Position numbers and translations under genes: made by a program. Below the pieces are notes generated by a model. It saw nothing but the letters and a program-made list of their open reading frames with translations, made no database searches and had not been told where the DNA came from. Positions 39,986 through 49,383 of a stretch of 64,000 nucleotides of DNA are shown here, one piece after another. This DNA is from a virus (Duplodnaviria; Caudoviricetes). Location of the stretch: IMG/VR virus record IMGVR_UViG_2627853746_000004, positions 15,274-79,273 of that record, one strand, 5' to 3'. The stretch's first letter is position 1; each line of letters starts with the position of its first letter.

Positions 39986-41215
39986 ATGGCAAATAAGATA
40001 CAGTTAAGACGTGGCACTAAGGCACAGCTGGCAACGCTGGGTGCCTTATCAGCAGGGGAGCCGGGTTATACCACGGATAGCAAGGAGCTATTTATAGGTA
40101 ATGGGGCCGGAGCCAATACACCTGTGGTTACAGCGACCTCTGCAGATATTACTTACTATGTCCGTACAGATGGTAATGATGGGAATACAGGGCTGGCTAA
40201 TACAGCAGGTGGGGCGTTCAAGACTATAACAAAAGCTGTTTCTATGTTACCTCAGGTTATTAATCATTCATTGACATTGAATATTGCTGCTGGAGCTTAC
40301 TCGGAAAGTGTGGTAATCACTGGTTTCACAGGTAATGGCCGACTGGATATTGTTGGCGACACTGTTGTAAGTGCAACCCGTACGGTAACGTCAATTGTCG
40401 TTACTAATAACACTGCTCCAATTTATATCAAAGGCATTCGAGCGCTTAACACGGCAGGTGCTGGATTTTACGGGGCAAGCAATACTAATTTTGGACTTGA
40501 GGTTTGCAGCATTATTGCATCTGCTCCTACACAGCCTGGATTTGATTTTGGCGGAGGAGGGATGGTTAGTTTAAACGGATGTTTGGCAAGCAATCGGAAT
40601 GCCGCGCTGAATGTAAATGGTGCTGTTATGGTGGTATCGTATACTTGGCAAGCGGGATCAGGAAACTCCTACGGCGTATCCGTCTACTTTGGTAAGGTTG
40701 GTAAAGCGGGTACGCAACCAGCAGGGACCACAGCCGAATATGTAGCGGCAGGCGGAGAAATTAGTGATTCTGGTGTTCTTAACCCATGGGGAGATAATAC
40801 GACCTCCAGCAGACCCGGTGTAAGTGCCACCTCTAACACCTCACAAGCATTAAGCGCAAATGTAGCAACAAAAGTGTTATTTGATGTAGAAAAAAACGAT
40901 AACACTAATAACTTTACGAATAGCACATTTACAGCTCCAACATCAGGTGATTATCTAATCAATGCGTTTGTATCGATTTTGAGCCTTCAGGCTGGATCAT
41001 CTGCGGATTTATATATTTATGTCAATGGTGCTATATATCGGCGAATTGGACTATATGTTAACCCGGGAGCTAATGGAGCTAATCATGGTATTGGTGGTTC
41101 TGCTGCGGTAAAACTTGTTGCTGGTGATACTGTAGAAGTTTACGCGAAGGCTGGAAACAACGCTAATATTGCCGTTGGAACTGATCGAGGATTTGAATGT
41201 GAGAGAATAGCCTAA
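39986..41215 (+). CDS. Tail fibre/receptor-binding protein with beta-helix and C1q-like tip
   Basis: IQLRRG...GEPG; YYVRTDGNDGNTG...AFKTI; C-terminal FTAPTSGDYL...LVAGDTVEVY. Confidence 0.78.
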   Translation: MANKIQLRRGTKAQLATLGALSAGEPGYTTDSKELFIGNGAGANTPVVTATSADITYYVRTDGNDGNTGLANTAGGAFKTITKAVSMLPQVINHSLTLNIAAGAYSESVVITGFTGNGRLDIVGDTVVSATRTVTSIVVTNNTAPIYIKGIRALNTAGAGFYGASNTNFGLEVCSIIASAPTQPGFDFGGGGMVSLNGCLASNRNAALNVNGAVMVVSYTWQAGSGNSYGVSVYFGKVGKAGTQPAGTTAEYVAAGGEISDSGVLNPWGDNTTSSRPGVSATSNTSQALSANVATKVLFDVEKNDNTNNFTNSTFTAPTSGDYLINAFVSILSLQAGSSADLYIYVNGAIYRRIGLYVNPGANGANHGIGGSAAVKLVAGDTVEVYAKAGNNANIAVGTDRGFECERIA

Positions 41216-41235
41216 GGATAAAGGAGGTAATCAAG

Positions 41236-41748
41236 TTGAATATAGCACAAGCAATCATGTACCTGCATCCGGGCGCTGACCCGATGCGGGATTTTGTTGT
41301 GCAAGACAACGGTCCTGAGCCAGTCTTGCGCCCCGGTGCCGAAGACAAAGGTCGTGTCCGGTACGAGATCAAGCTGCCGGACGAGGGCGAGGAGCCGGTT
41401 GAGGGCGTACACTATCGTTATGGCATCGACTATAACCTGCTGACAGAGGGCGAGGATTACGACCTTGTAGAGCGTGGGCCGTATATCGCAGTGTGGAAGC
41501 TGGACGAGCCGCAGCCCACGGAAGCAGAGCTACAAGCAGCATGGGAAGCATACCAGGAAGCCGAAGCTAACACTCCGCCGAAGCTGACGGAGATCGAGCA
41601 GGTCCGCGAGGAACTGGCACAAACTCAAATGGCCCTAACAGATACCTTTGAGCAATTGCTATCCGCCCAGGATGAAGCGACCAGCGCGCAGCTTGCCCTT
41701 GTTGATCTGTACGAGCTGGTACTGCCTCTGATTGGGGGTGACGTATAA
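41236..41748 (+). CDS. XkdW family protein
   Basis: AIMYLHPGADPMRDFVVQDNG...YIAVWKLDEPQPTEAEL. Confidence 0.8.
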   Translation: MNIAQAIMYLHPGADPMRDFVVQDNGPEPVLRPGAEDKGRVRYEIKLPDEGEEPVEGVHYRYGIDYNLLTEGEDYDLVERGPYIAVWKLDEPQPTEAELQAAWEAYQEAEANTPPKLTEIEQVREELAQTQMALTDTFEQLLSAQDEATSAQLALVDLYELVLPLIGGDV

Positions 41749-41855
41749 TGCCGCAAGTATATGCAAGCCTGATCCGCAAAGGATTGAAGACGATTGAACA
41801 AGTGCCTACTGTGATCCGTGATGAGGTACAGGCGCTCCTGGCTGACAATGCGTAG
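41748..41855 (+). CDS. CD1375-like small protein (MPQVYASLIRKGLKTIEQVP...)
   Basis: Not in track; YAxLIxKGLKTxxQVP motif; coupled start. Confidence 0.75.
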   Translation: MPQVYASLIRKGLKTIEQVPTVIRDEVQALLADNA

Positions 41856-42054
41856 CTGGTTGGCCCGGCTGCTGGTCTCCGGTGGCCTACGCCTTATGAG
41901 GGGAGGTGATACCATGTCTGTTATCTATGCGCTGCTGATTATTAAGGGGCTGAAGAACTTTGCCCAAGTGCCGGTTAAACTGCAGCCGGAAGTAAAGTCA
42001 TACCTGGCCGCATCTGATCTGGATGAGAGCGGCAATCCATTGCCTATAGAATAG
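41848..42054 (+). CDS. Second CD1375-like small protein
   Basis: IYALLIIKGLKNFAQVP; alternative ATG at 41914 after SD GGAGGTG. Confidence 0.7.
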   Translation: MRSWLARLLVSGGLRLMRGGDTMSVIYALLIIKGLKNFAQVPVKLQPEVKSYLAASDLDESGNPLPIE

Positions 42055-42159
42055 ATACTGCTGGCGCCCATAGAGGCGTTTTTATTTTGCCCTCGGAGCT
42101 GCTTCGGGGGCTATTTTTTGTTAAGGAAAATTTTCCTTGGCTAATAAGGAGGTTAGAAG

Positions 42160-44403
42160 TTGGATTTCTTAGAATCTTACGATAAGAATATGGTAGCAAT
42201 CGGTGCTTTGGTTAAGTCCTATGATGTTACCAGAAAACGCCGCATTAACTCAGATTATGAATTGTCTTTTTTGGTACCCATGAATTCAAGGGACTATCTT
42301 GAAAAGATACAAATCAAAGGTCACATTAAAGATGAGCGCGGCCAGTTCTATGTAATTAACAGCCGATCCCGGGTCCGGGAGGATCGAAAGTTGACGGCAT
42401 CTATCATGTGCACCCACGTAATGTTCAAGCTTACCGATTTCAAGTTTCCATACTCCTCGTACATTGCCGAAGCATATGGAGTGCATATTTCACAACTTAC
42501 AAATCTAATCTCTGCTGCAACCGGTGGACGGTTTACGTTTTCGATTGATGATACGTTTGATCTTTCTGATGTTAAGGATTTCGGACAAGGAAATTGTCTT
42601 CAGGCGCTAAATAAGGTCATTGAAATGTACGGATGCGAGATAGAGGCGGATAACTTTGTCATTCACCTCAAAAAGCAAATCGGTAAAGATGAAGGCATGC
42701 AGTACCGAATACAGAAAAACATTGTCTCAGATCAATTTAAAGATGATGCTTCATCGCTTGTGACACGCCTGTTTTGCCAAATGAAGGACGGTAGAACGTG
42801 GATAGGTCAACCTGCATCGATCCTCACCAACGAAGAGAGAACACTGCTGGGGGATGTACCAGGGGCAATTGTTAACGGCATTCTGCAAGTCAATTATCTC
42901 ATCTCTCCATATGCCGCGAGCTGGGGGAGTAATTCGGTTCCGTACTTTGATGGGGAAATAATTGAACAGGATATTGAATCAGTAGCCGATCTCTTAGAGG
43001 CCGGGAGAAAGACACTGAGAGAGAAGGAAATCCCAAGCTTTGAAGTTACAGCGGACAGCACAGACCTGTACAAGATTAGAAGCAATGCGGTAAAACCAAA
43101 CCTCGGGGATACCGCCTATTGCTATGATCCAGATATCGGGCTGAACAATCTTAAATCACGGATCATGGAGTTAACGGAATACCCGTACACCAAGGAGAAA
43201 CATGCACAAGCGGTGCTATCTAACGTTGAAATTAAAGATATGGATGATATTATTGCAGATCTGGATAAGAGCAAGAAACTCGTTGACAATCTCTATTCAA
43301 ATGGACGTATCCGAACAGAATTGTTTGAAGCGGTGGCAAAGCAAGTCATTACAGATATCAATAATTCAAAAACGGAACTGATTTACCCGGAAGACGGCGG
43401 AATCCTTGCGCGTGAAAAAACAAACCACGATCGGCAAGTTCGTCTAACCTCAGTAGGATTAGGTATATCCACTGATGGGTGGCAGACCATCCGTTCAGCA
43501 GTGACGGCAGCAGGTGTGCTGGCAGAAACGGTTGTAGGCCAGTTTGGTAGCTTCGTATCCATGCTGATTGGCAGCGGAAATGCAGTTACCCAAATTAATA
43601 CAAACGGGATAGCAGCTGGACATGCTAACTTCAATGAAGCACCCTTTCGAGTAGATATGAACGGGAATTTGGTCGCGAACAAATTAACGGCCAATTCAGC
43701 TTCCATCGCAAACTCAAACTTTTCAGGCGGGGCTATTGTAGGATCATCGATAAATGTGGGTAATGGCAAATTCACAGTGAACTCACAGGGGGACCTTTAT
43801 ACAAACGGAGGAATTTTGGTAGGGGGCTCAATTATCGGTTCAACTATAAATGTAGGCGGCGGTAGATTTACAGTAAGTTCATCCGGTGATGTTTACGCTG
43901 AAGGTGGAGTATTTGCTGGAGGAACAATAACAGGTGCGAAGTATCAAACCTCCAGTAATTTGTGGCCGAGAGTTGTTATTGATCCTTCTACCGTTGCGTT
44001 TGGGATTTATGCAGATGCTAATAATGGGATACTAATTCCTGCTTATGATGGGGGAGTAAGTAAGATCCGTTTTCTGGCAAACGGGAATGAGTCCACAATA
44101 TACAACTCTCCCGGTGTTGGTCTTGCGTTAAGTGCTTATGGTAATTTGACATTAGGCGGGGATAATGTAGTTTTAGCTCCAGTTGGGAATGTGCGGATAC
44201 CTTCTTGGACTAATCTGAGGAACATTTCAGGGACATCACTTCAGAGTGAACTTGACTACATTAGTAGCGCAATTGCAGCTTTGTGGAGTGCGCTGAACAA
44301 TAAATCGAATGTCGGTCATACTCACAGCGTTGCTCTGGGAACGCACAATCACGGCATACCTGGCGCAGTTAATTGGGGCGGCACGTTCACCACTTCTTCT
44401 TAA
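42160..44403 (+). CDS. Tail spike / Tal (prophage endopeptidase-tail family)
   Basis: N-terminal Tal fold (KNI...LVTRL, GDT..YD...RIMELTEYP); GLGISTDG; beta-repeat C-terminus. Confidence 0.85.
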   Translation: MDFLESYDKNMVAIGALVKSYDVTRKRRINSDYELSFLVPMNSRDYLEKIQIKGHIKDERGQFYVINSRSRVREDRKLTASIMCTHVMFKLTDFKFPYSSYIAEAYGVHISQLTNLISAATGGRFTFSIDDTFDLSDVKDFGQGNCLQALNKVIEMYGCEIEADNFVIHLKKQIGKDEGMQYRIQKNIVSDQFKDDASSLVTRLFCQMKDGRTWIGQPASILTNEERTLLGDVPGAIVNGILQVNYLISPYAASWGSNSVPYFDGEIIEQDIESVADLLEAGRKTLREKEIPSFEVTADSTDLYKIRSNAVKPNLGDTAYCYDPDIGLNNLKSRIMELTEYPYTKEKHAQAVLSNVEIKDMDDIIADLDKSKKLVDNLYSNGRIRTELFEAVAKQVITDINNSKTELIYPEDGGILAREKTNHDRQVRLTSVGLGISTDGWQTIRSAVTAAGVLAETVVGQFGSFVSMLIGSGNAVTQINTNGIAAGHANFNEAPFRVDMNGNLVANKLTANSASIANSNFSGGAIVGSSINVGNGKFTVNSQGDLYTNGGILVGGSIIGSTINVGGGRFTVSSSGDVYAEGGVFAGGTITGAKYQTSSNLWPRVVIDPSTVAFGIYADANNGILIPAYDGGVSKIRFLANGNESTIYNSPGVGLALSAYGNLTLGGDNVVLAPVGNVRIPSWTNLRNISGTSLQSELDYISSAIAALWSALNNKSNVGHTHSVALGTHNHGIPGAVNWGGTFTTSS

Positions 44404-44467
44404 GTTGAAACTTTTTCAGGTTTATGACGATAATAGAGGTAACAAATTCCAAAAAGGAGCTGTTACC

Positions 44468-45025
44468 TTGAAAAAGTTTATATCTGGTTTTGTCGTAGGC
44501 GCGTTGTTGTTTGGTGGAGTCTCAGCCTTTGCTGCTTCAGGGTTAATTGGACAGAAGGTGCAGGGTCTCTACAGTATCGAAAAGGCAGGGGTCAAGGTTG
44601 CTGATGCAGTTATTATAGACGGTTCAGCCTATGCACCTGTACGGGCTGTGGCAGCCGCTACAGGTACGGGGCTGACTGTAGAAGGGAAGAAGATCATTAT
44701 GCAGGATGTGTCAACAGCCCAAGCGCCAGCTGCAACACCAGCACAGGGGAGCACAAAGACACTCGCGGAATTTCAGATTGAGCGTAACAAAGTTTCTGCT
44801 GAAATTGATCAACGGCAAACTAATATTATAGATTTAGAGAGTAGTCTCATTCCGACTTTTGAGGCTCAAGCGAAAGAACTAAGTGGAAATGGGAAACTGG
44901 GAGAAATGGCTCAGAAGACAGCCGATGAGTATAAAGCAGTAGTCGTTAAGCAAAAAGCAGAGATTGTTACGCTCCAACAACAACTTACTGATATAGATGC
45001 TCGAATCGCAGCTCTGCAAAAATAA
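44468..45025 (+). CDS. Secreted coiled-coil protein
   Basis: Signal peptide MKKFISGFVVGALLFGGVSAFA; YAPVRAVA. Confidence 0.7.
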   Translation: MKKFISGFVVGALLFGGVSAFAASGLIGQKVQGLYSIEKAGVKVADAVIIDGSAYAPVRAVAAATGTGLTVEGKKIIMQDVSTAQAPAATPAQGSTKTLAEFQIERNKVSAEIDQRQTNIIDLESSLIPTFEAQAKELSGNGKLGEMAQKTADEYKAVVVKQKAEIVTLQQQLTDIDARIAALQK

Positions 45026-45047
45026 CATACCCTTTGGAGAATATTAT

Positions 45048-45443
45048 ATGAACAAAATATTAATTATCATCTTTTCAAGTACTCTCCTATTCGGAGGAGT
45101 CCATAGTATCTCTTTAGATAGCCTATCTTCATCAACGACTGTATCAGATTCAGATAAGGCTGGATTGAGTGATCGCTTAGTAATGTTAAGGATTGAGCGT
45201 GATGAATTGGAGTCTCAGATTTTAACAACAGAATCCTTCATAGACAGCTACAAGAAAAATCAGGTGGATAAATGGGGAAATGAAATAGAGAAAAACCCAG
45301 ACTCTCCCATGATTCCGAAATGGGAAGAAGCATTTAATGACACTAGTGAATATTTGGAACAGCTTAAAGCTGATCTTGTCACGCTTCAACGACAACTCAC
45401 TAATGTAGATGCACAAATAACAGCACTAAGCAATAAACCGTAG
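45048..45443 (+). CDS. Secreted coiled-coil protein, paralog of the upstream gene
   Basis: Shared LLFGGV, IER and VTLQ.QLT..DA.I.AL segments. Confidence 0.65.
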   Translation: MNKILIIIFSSTLLFGGVHSISLDSLSSSTTVSDSDKAGLSDRLVMLRIERDELESQILTTESFIDSYKKNQVDKWGNEIEKNPDSPMIPKWEEAFNDTSEYLEQLKADLVTLQRQLTNVDAQITALSNKP

Positions 45444-45625
45444 TACGAGGAAAAAGTAATATAAGCCACGAGTGATAAGCATTAACATATCATTCGTGGC
45501 TTTTTTTATTTTGTCCTAATTACCGTACTAATAACGGATAGTAGGAGTCGTTAATCAAAAGTATCCTATAACTAAGAAGGTCTCTCCTGTGGAGGGGCTT
45601 AGTTTGTTCATAGGAGGAATTAAGA

Positions 45626-45868
45626 ATGGATGAGCAACGGATCAGGGAGATTGTGAGGGAGGAACTGGCTAGTTTTGCGGAACTTCAGAAAAAGATTGAA
45701 GAGCTGGAGAAAGATCTGATCTTGTCAAAGCAACAGATGCTCCAAACCCTTCAATTGATTAACGAAAATTTCTCTGAACAATTATCAAAATTAATGGACG
45801 ATCAAAGAGATTCGCTTCTCAATATAGCACTGAACGAAATTAGTCGGCAGTTTGGTAGCAAGAATTAA
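45626..45868 (+). CDS. Small coiled-coil protein
   Basis: SD AGGAGG; MDEQRIREIVREEL. Confidence 0.6.
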   Translation: MDEQRIREIVREELASFAELQKKIEELEKDLILSKQQMLQTLQLINENFSEQLSKLMDDQRDSLLNIALNEISRQFGSKN

Positions 45869-46658
45869 TAAACATGTCACCGTATACCGTAAATGCCCAA
45901 TTTCCTTTTTTGAAATCTATGGATCTACCAGATATCCAAGGGAACCTTTCGGTGTTGCTATAAAGATTAATGCATTCTTCTAGAATTGGATGATTATCCA
46001 AAACTGAATAATAATCTGCTCCTTCAAATTTTTTATCGTAGTCTCCATTTATAAGTGATAATCTCCTAATATTTTGAATGGCAGAACGGTAATGGTAACT
46101 ATTTTCTAAATTCATTTCTGGAAATGGCATGATATCATCCAACAGTAAACTATAAGATCTTGATATCCTTGTTTGGTCCGAATCTTCATATGCAACAATT
46201 GAGGCAATCGGTAAATTACGTTCTTGGGTTAATGTACTTAAAATTTTCGCATCAAAAGGAGAAAGCTGCTTTATCACTTCAACAAATGAAGGATGTGTAA
46301 GATCTTGCTTTTCGCTATCCATGGACGATGCAATCAATTGTGCGAAAAGATTACGTATTTCGTCATGTTCTATGTGATACTTAGCAGCCTCTAATGTAGG
46401 GCCAACTATATTTAATGGGGGCTCTACAAGTCTATCCGAGGGTATTTCTGCTACCTTAGATTCTATTTCTTCCTTAAACTTGTTAATTCTTGGCTCCAAA
46501 GAATTTCTTGCTGCATGAATGGGAGAAAAGACTAACCAGAATAGATTCCCGAGTCCTTCCCCAAGTTCAGTAGTTGGTTTCGATAAAACATTCTTGGATA
46601 ATTCATTTACAGGGATTCCGAGAGCGCCCACTACTTCGGAAATTTTTTTAACATCCAT
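45840..46658 (-). CDS. Abi-alpha (DUF4393) family protein
   Basis: EPPLNIVGPTLE, IRNLFAQLIASSMD, HPSFVEVIKQLSPFDAKIL, TVYGDMFINSC. Confidence 0.85.
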   Translation of the reverse strand: MDVKKISEVVGALGIPVNELSKNVLSKPTTELGEGLGNLFWLVFSPIHAARNSLEPRINKFKEEIESKVAEIPSDRLVEPPLNIVGPTLEAAKYHIEHDEIRNLFAQLIASSMDSEKQDLTHPSFVEVIKQLSPFDAKILSTLTQERNLPIASIVAYEDSDQTRISRSYSLLLDDIMPFPEMNLENSYHYRSAIQNIRRLSLINGDYDKKFEGADYYSVLDNHPILEECINLYSNTERFPWISGRSIDFKKGNWAFTVYGDMFINSCYQTAD

Positions 46659-46873
46659 AAACAAACCTCTCTTCTTTAGAAAATAGGCTAACATCCTACC
46701 TTTCGACAGAATGGGCGGTTTTTCCTGTGGAACACCAGTTCTAATAAACAGAGAAGTCAACTTCTGAATTCCCGTAGTACTACAGCATCCGCAATCAACT
46801 AAACTATAGATATAAGAAAGCCTCTCCAATTCATTGGAGGGGCTTTTACTCTTGTCTGAAAGGAGGAAACATA

Positions 46874-47083
46874 TTGGTAGTTGTAAAGAAAGTGGAATTA
46901 TCGATCGATCTCACCAGACCAGCAGAAGAGCTTGTTGATTCAATTATATCGGTTCTGAGCTTTTTCCCAGGTAGACAACAAGAAATCCTACAGCAGGTTG
47001 ATCATACAGTCGGAGAAATGCTGGCAGCGATGCAGCCAAAAGAAGATTTGGAACCAGCAGAAAAGACAGAAGATTCACCATAG
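46874..47083 (+). CDS. Small hypothetical protein
   Basis: SD AGGAGG. Confidence 0.6.
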   Translation: MVVVKKVELSIDLTRPAEELVDSIISVLSFFPGRQQEILQQVDHTVGEMLAAMQPKEDLEPAEKTEDSP

Positions 47084-47101
47084 AGAGAAAGGAGCGGGGG
47101 A

Positions 47102-47401
47102 ATGGATAGCAATGACGTATCTAATTTAGAGAAGCTGCTGCCACTGGCGGATAAGTATGGTCTGGCCTACATTGTTGCGCTGATTTTGCTGATCATCGTG
47201 GTAACCCTGGTCAGATCGATTGTAAAAGGCAACTTGGTTCCGCGTGAACTGCTGGATCGCGCTGAAGAAGATCGGGACCGGCTGCAGGCAATCTTGGACA
47301 AAGAGCGTGCGGATTTCATGGCTCCAACGCTGGAAGTGCTGCAACGCCTTAAGATTGATCACGCTACCACAAACGGTAGCGATGAGGATAGGGGAGGATA
47401 A
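47102..47401 (+). CDS. Single-TM lysis-cluster protein (holin-like)
   Basis: TM GLAYIVALILLIIVV; position before endolysin. Confidence 0.55.
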   Translation: MDSNDVSNLEKLLPLADKYGLAYIVALILLIIVVTLVRSIVKGNLVPRELLDRAEEDRDRLQAILDKERADFMAPTLEVLQRLKIDHATTNGSDEDRGG

Positions 47402-47402
47402 C

Positions 47403-47600
47403 GTGCTGTGTAATTGGATCAAACGGCTATCACCCCGGAACCGCGAAAAAGAGAGAGAGCTACACCAAGCGTCCGGCCGGGTGACTGTCTCTATTCGACG
47501 CTATAAAGATGCGTCAAAAGAGATTCAGGAGGAAATTGCGAATAACGGGTTTGCCGAATTTTTAATTTATGATCGGGGTGTTAATCATGGGGGGCATTGA
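47403..47600 (+). CDS. Small lysis-cluster protein
   Basis: GTG after SD GGAGG. Confidence 0.5.
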   Translation: MLCNWIKRLSPRNREKERELHQASGRVTVSIRRYKDASKEIQEEIANNGFAEFLIYDRGVNHGGH

Positions 47601-47955
47601 TATCTTGCTGCTGATTGCTTATTCTATATCGTTCATCTGTGCGCTGCTGCTTATGGCCGCGCTTTTTTTATACTTCCGGAAGAGATTCCGCGCCCGGGTG
47701 GTGAGTCTGTTCATGCTGGCCGCATTCTTCTTTCTGGGGGCTTATACGGTCAAGATGGCCGTAGCCTTCTGGATTCGATTCAGCAGTGTATCCGGCGACT
47801 CCGCTGTCTATGCTGCGCTGAAGTCGCAAGGCTGGGCTATTGCTCAGACCGGTACCACGCTGGGCTTGCTGATCCTGACCGTACTCATGTATACCCGGCG
47901 GCAGGATCTGTTTATGATCTTCCCGGCCGTACGGGAGAAAGAGGAAGAATCATGA
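47587..47955 (+). CDS. 3-TM membrane protein in the lysis cluster
   Basis: Three hydrophobic segments. Confidence 0.6.
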   Translation: MGGIDILLLIAYSISFICALLLMAALFLYFRKRFRARVVSLFMLAAFFFLGAYTVKMAVAFWIRFSSVSGDSAVYAALKSQGWAIAQTGTTLGLLILTVLMYTRRQDLFMIFPAVREKEEES

Positions 47956-48233
47956 TTCTTCACCCTATAGAGTGGAGCGCTGGGGAGAAAGCCTGGCGCT
48001 TCTTTTGTCCGGGTTGCAAACAGTTCCATCCCATTGTTGAAGGTCAGTGGCAGTTTAACGGTGACATGGAGCGCCCGACATTCTCACCGTCATTACTTGT
48101 TGGAGCTGGCACAAATGAAGTGTGTCATAGCTTTATTGTCGATGGGAAAATTCAGTATCTCTCGGACTGCTTTCACGAACTGGCCGGGTCCACAGTTGAT
48201 ATGCCGCATTCAGAGCGGAAGGGGATGAAATAA
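47952..48233 (+). CDS. DUF6527-like small metal-binding protein
   Basis: FCPGC..H...WQFNGD..PTFSPS...CHSFIVDG...DCFH. Confidence 0.75.
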   Translation: MILHPIEWSAGEKAWRFFCPGCKQFHPIVEGQWQFNGDMERPTFSPSLLVGAGTNEVCHSFIVDGKIQYLSDCFHELAGSTVDMPHSERKGMK

Positions 48234-49033
48234 TGCTTACATTGGATCAAGTAAAGCTTAAATCCATGTCCAAGATTGAGAAGTTGCATCCGGTCCTTGT
48301 GGCGGCCACAATCGCGCTAATTGAGCGTTGCTATGCCCGGGGAGTCAATATAGTCATTACCCAGGGGCTGCGGACCATCGCGGAGCAGGATGCACTCTAC
48401 GCGCAGGGTCGCACGAAGCCCGGGCAGATCGTAACCAACGCCAAAGGCGGCACCAGTTACCATAACTACGGGGTGGCTATTGATTTCGCGCTGCTGCTTA
48501 ATGATGGCCGTGTCGTCTCCTGGGATACAAAGCTAGATGTCGATAAAGACGGCGTGTCGGATTGGATGGAAGTAGTAGACGAGGCTAACAAGCTGGGCTT
48601 TGAATGGGGCGGGGATTGGACCAGTTTTAAGGATCTCCCACACCTGCAGATGACATTTGGCTTGAGCACGGCACAGATGCGGGCAGGCCAACAGCCAGCG
48701 GCAGCAAAGGTAGCAGCGGCTTATGCCGTCATTGATAAATTACAAGGGGAGGTTGAAGGGGATATGAACAAGATTACTGAGCTGGAGGGTATTGTCACAA
48801 AGCAAGATGAACGCATATCCGCCCTGGAGAAGCGTCTGAACATCTCTGGCAAGGAAACATACGCCAAGGACTACGAGAAGGCCATACAGGCAGCTAAGGA
48901 CGCAGGCATCATCACTACTTCGGCAGACAAGTCAAAGCTTGAACTAAATGTAATCACAATGCTGGTGAATGTAGGGCTGGCGAATAAGGCTCTGATTTCA
49001 TTTTTCAAAAACTTTAAATCCGAGGTGAAGTAA
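48233..49033 (+). CDS. Endolysin, M15 L-Ala-D-Glu peptidase
   Basis: GLRTIAEQDALYAQGR, SYHNYGVAID, EWGGDW...DLPHLQ. Confidence 0.93.
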   Translation: MLTLDQVKLKSMSKIEKLHPVLVAATIALIERCYARGVNIVITQGLRTIAEQDALYAQGRTKPGQIVTNAKGGTSYHNYGVAIDFALLLNDGRVVSWDTKLDVDKDGVSDWMEVVDEANKLGFEWGGDWTSFKDLPHLQMTFGLSTAQMRAGQQPAAAKVAAAYAVIDKLQGEVEGDMNKITELEGIVTKQDERISALEKRLNISGKETYAKDYEKAIQAAKDAGIITTSADKSKLELNVITMLVNVGLANKALISFFKNFKSEVK

Positions 49034-49035
49034 TC

Positions 49036-49251
49036 ATGAAAAGCAAATGGCGCAACTATGGTATGTGGGTATCCTTGACGGCAGCCTTGTTGCTGGGTGT
49101 GCAGACAGTGGGGGCAATCTTCGGTGTGGAGTTTACTCCAGACAAATACGATCAAGTTACCGTGGCGGTGAATGCGATCCTTGGCGTGCTGGTTGTTCTG
49201 GGGATTGTGAGCAATCCAGAAGTGGGTAAAGGGTATGTGGATAAGGAATAA
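49036..49251 (+). CDS. Holin
   Basis: KWRNYGMWVSL...ILGVLVVLGIVSNP; two TMs. Confidence 0.85.
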   Translation: MKSKWRNYGMWVSLTAALLLGVQTVGAIFGVEFTPDKYDQVTVAVNAILGVLVVLGIVSNPEVGKGYVDKE

Positions 49252-49383
49252 ATATATTTGCCCACCGACTTCGGTTGGTGGGCTGTTACGCTTAGAATAA
49301 ATGTATTTATTAAAAAGAAGGGAATTGATATAATATGGTGAATTATAGGAATATTTGAAAATGAATTTTTTAGGAGGCTTAAT

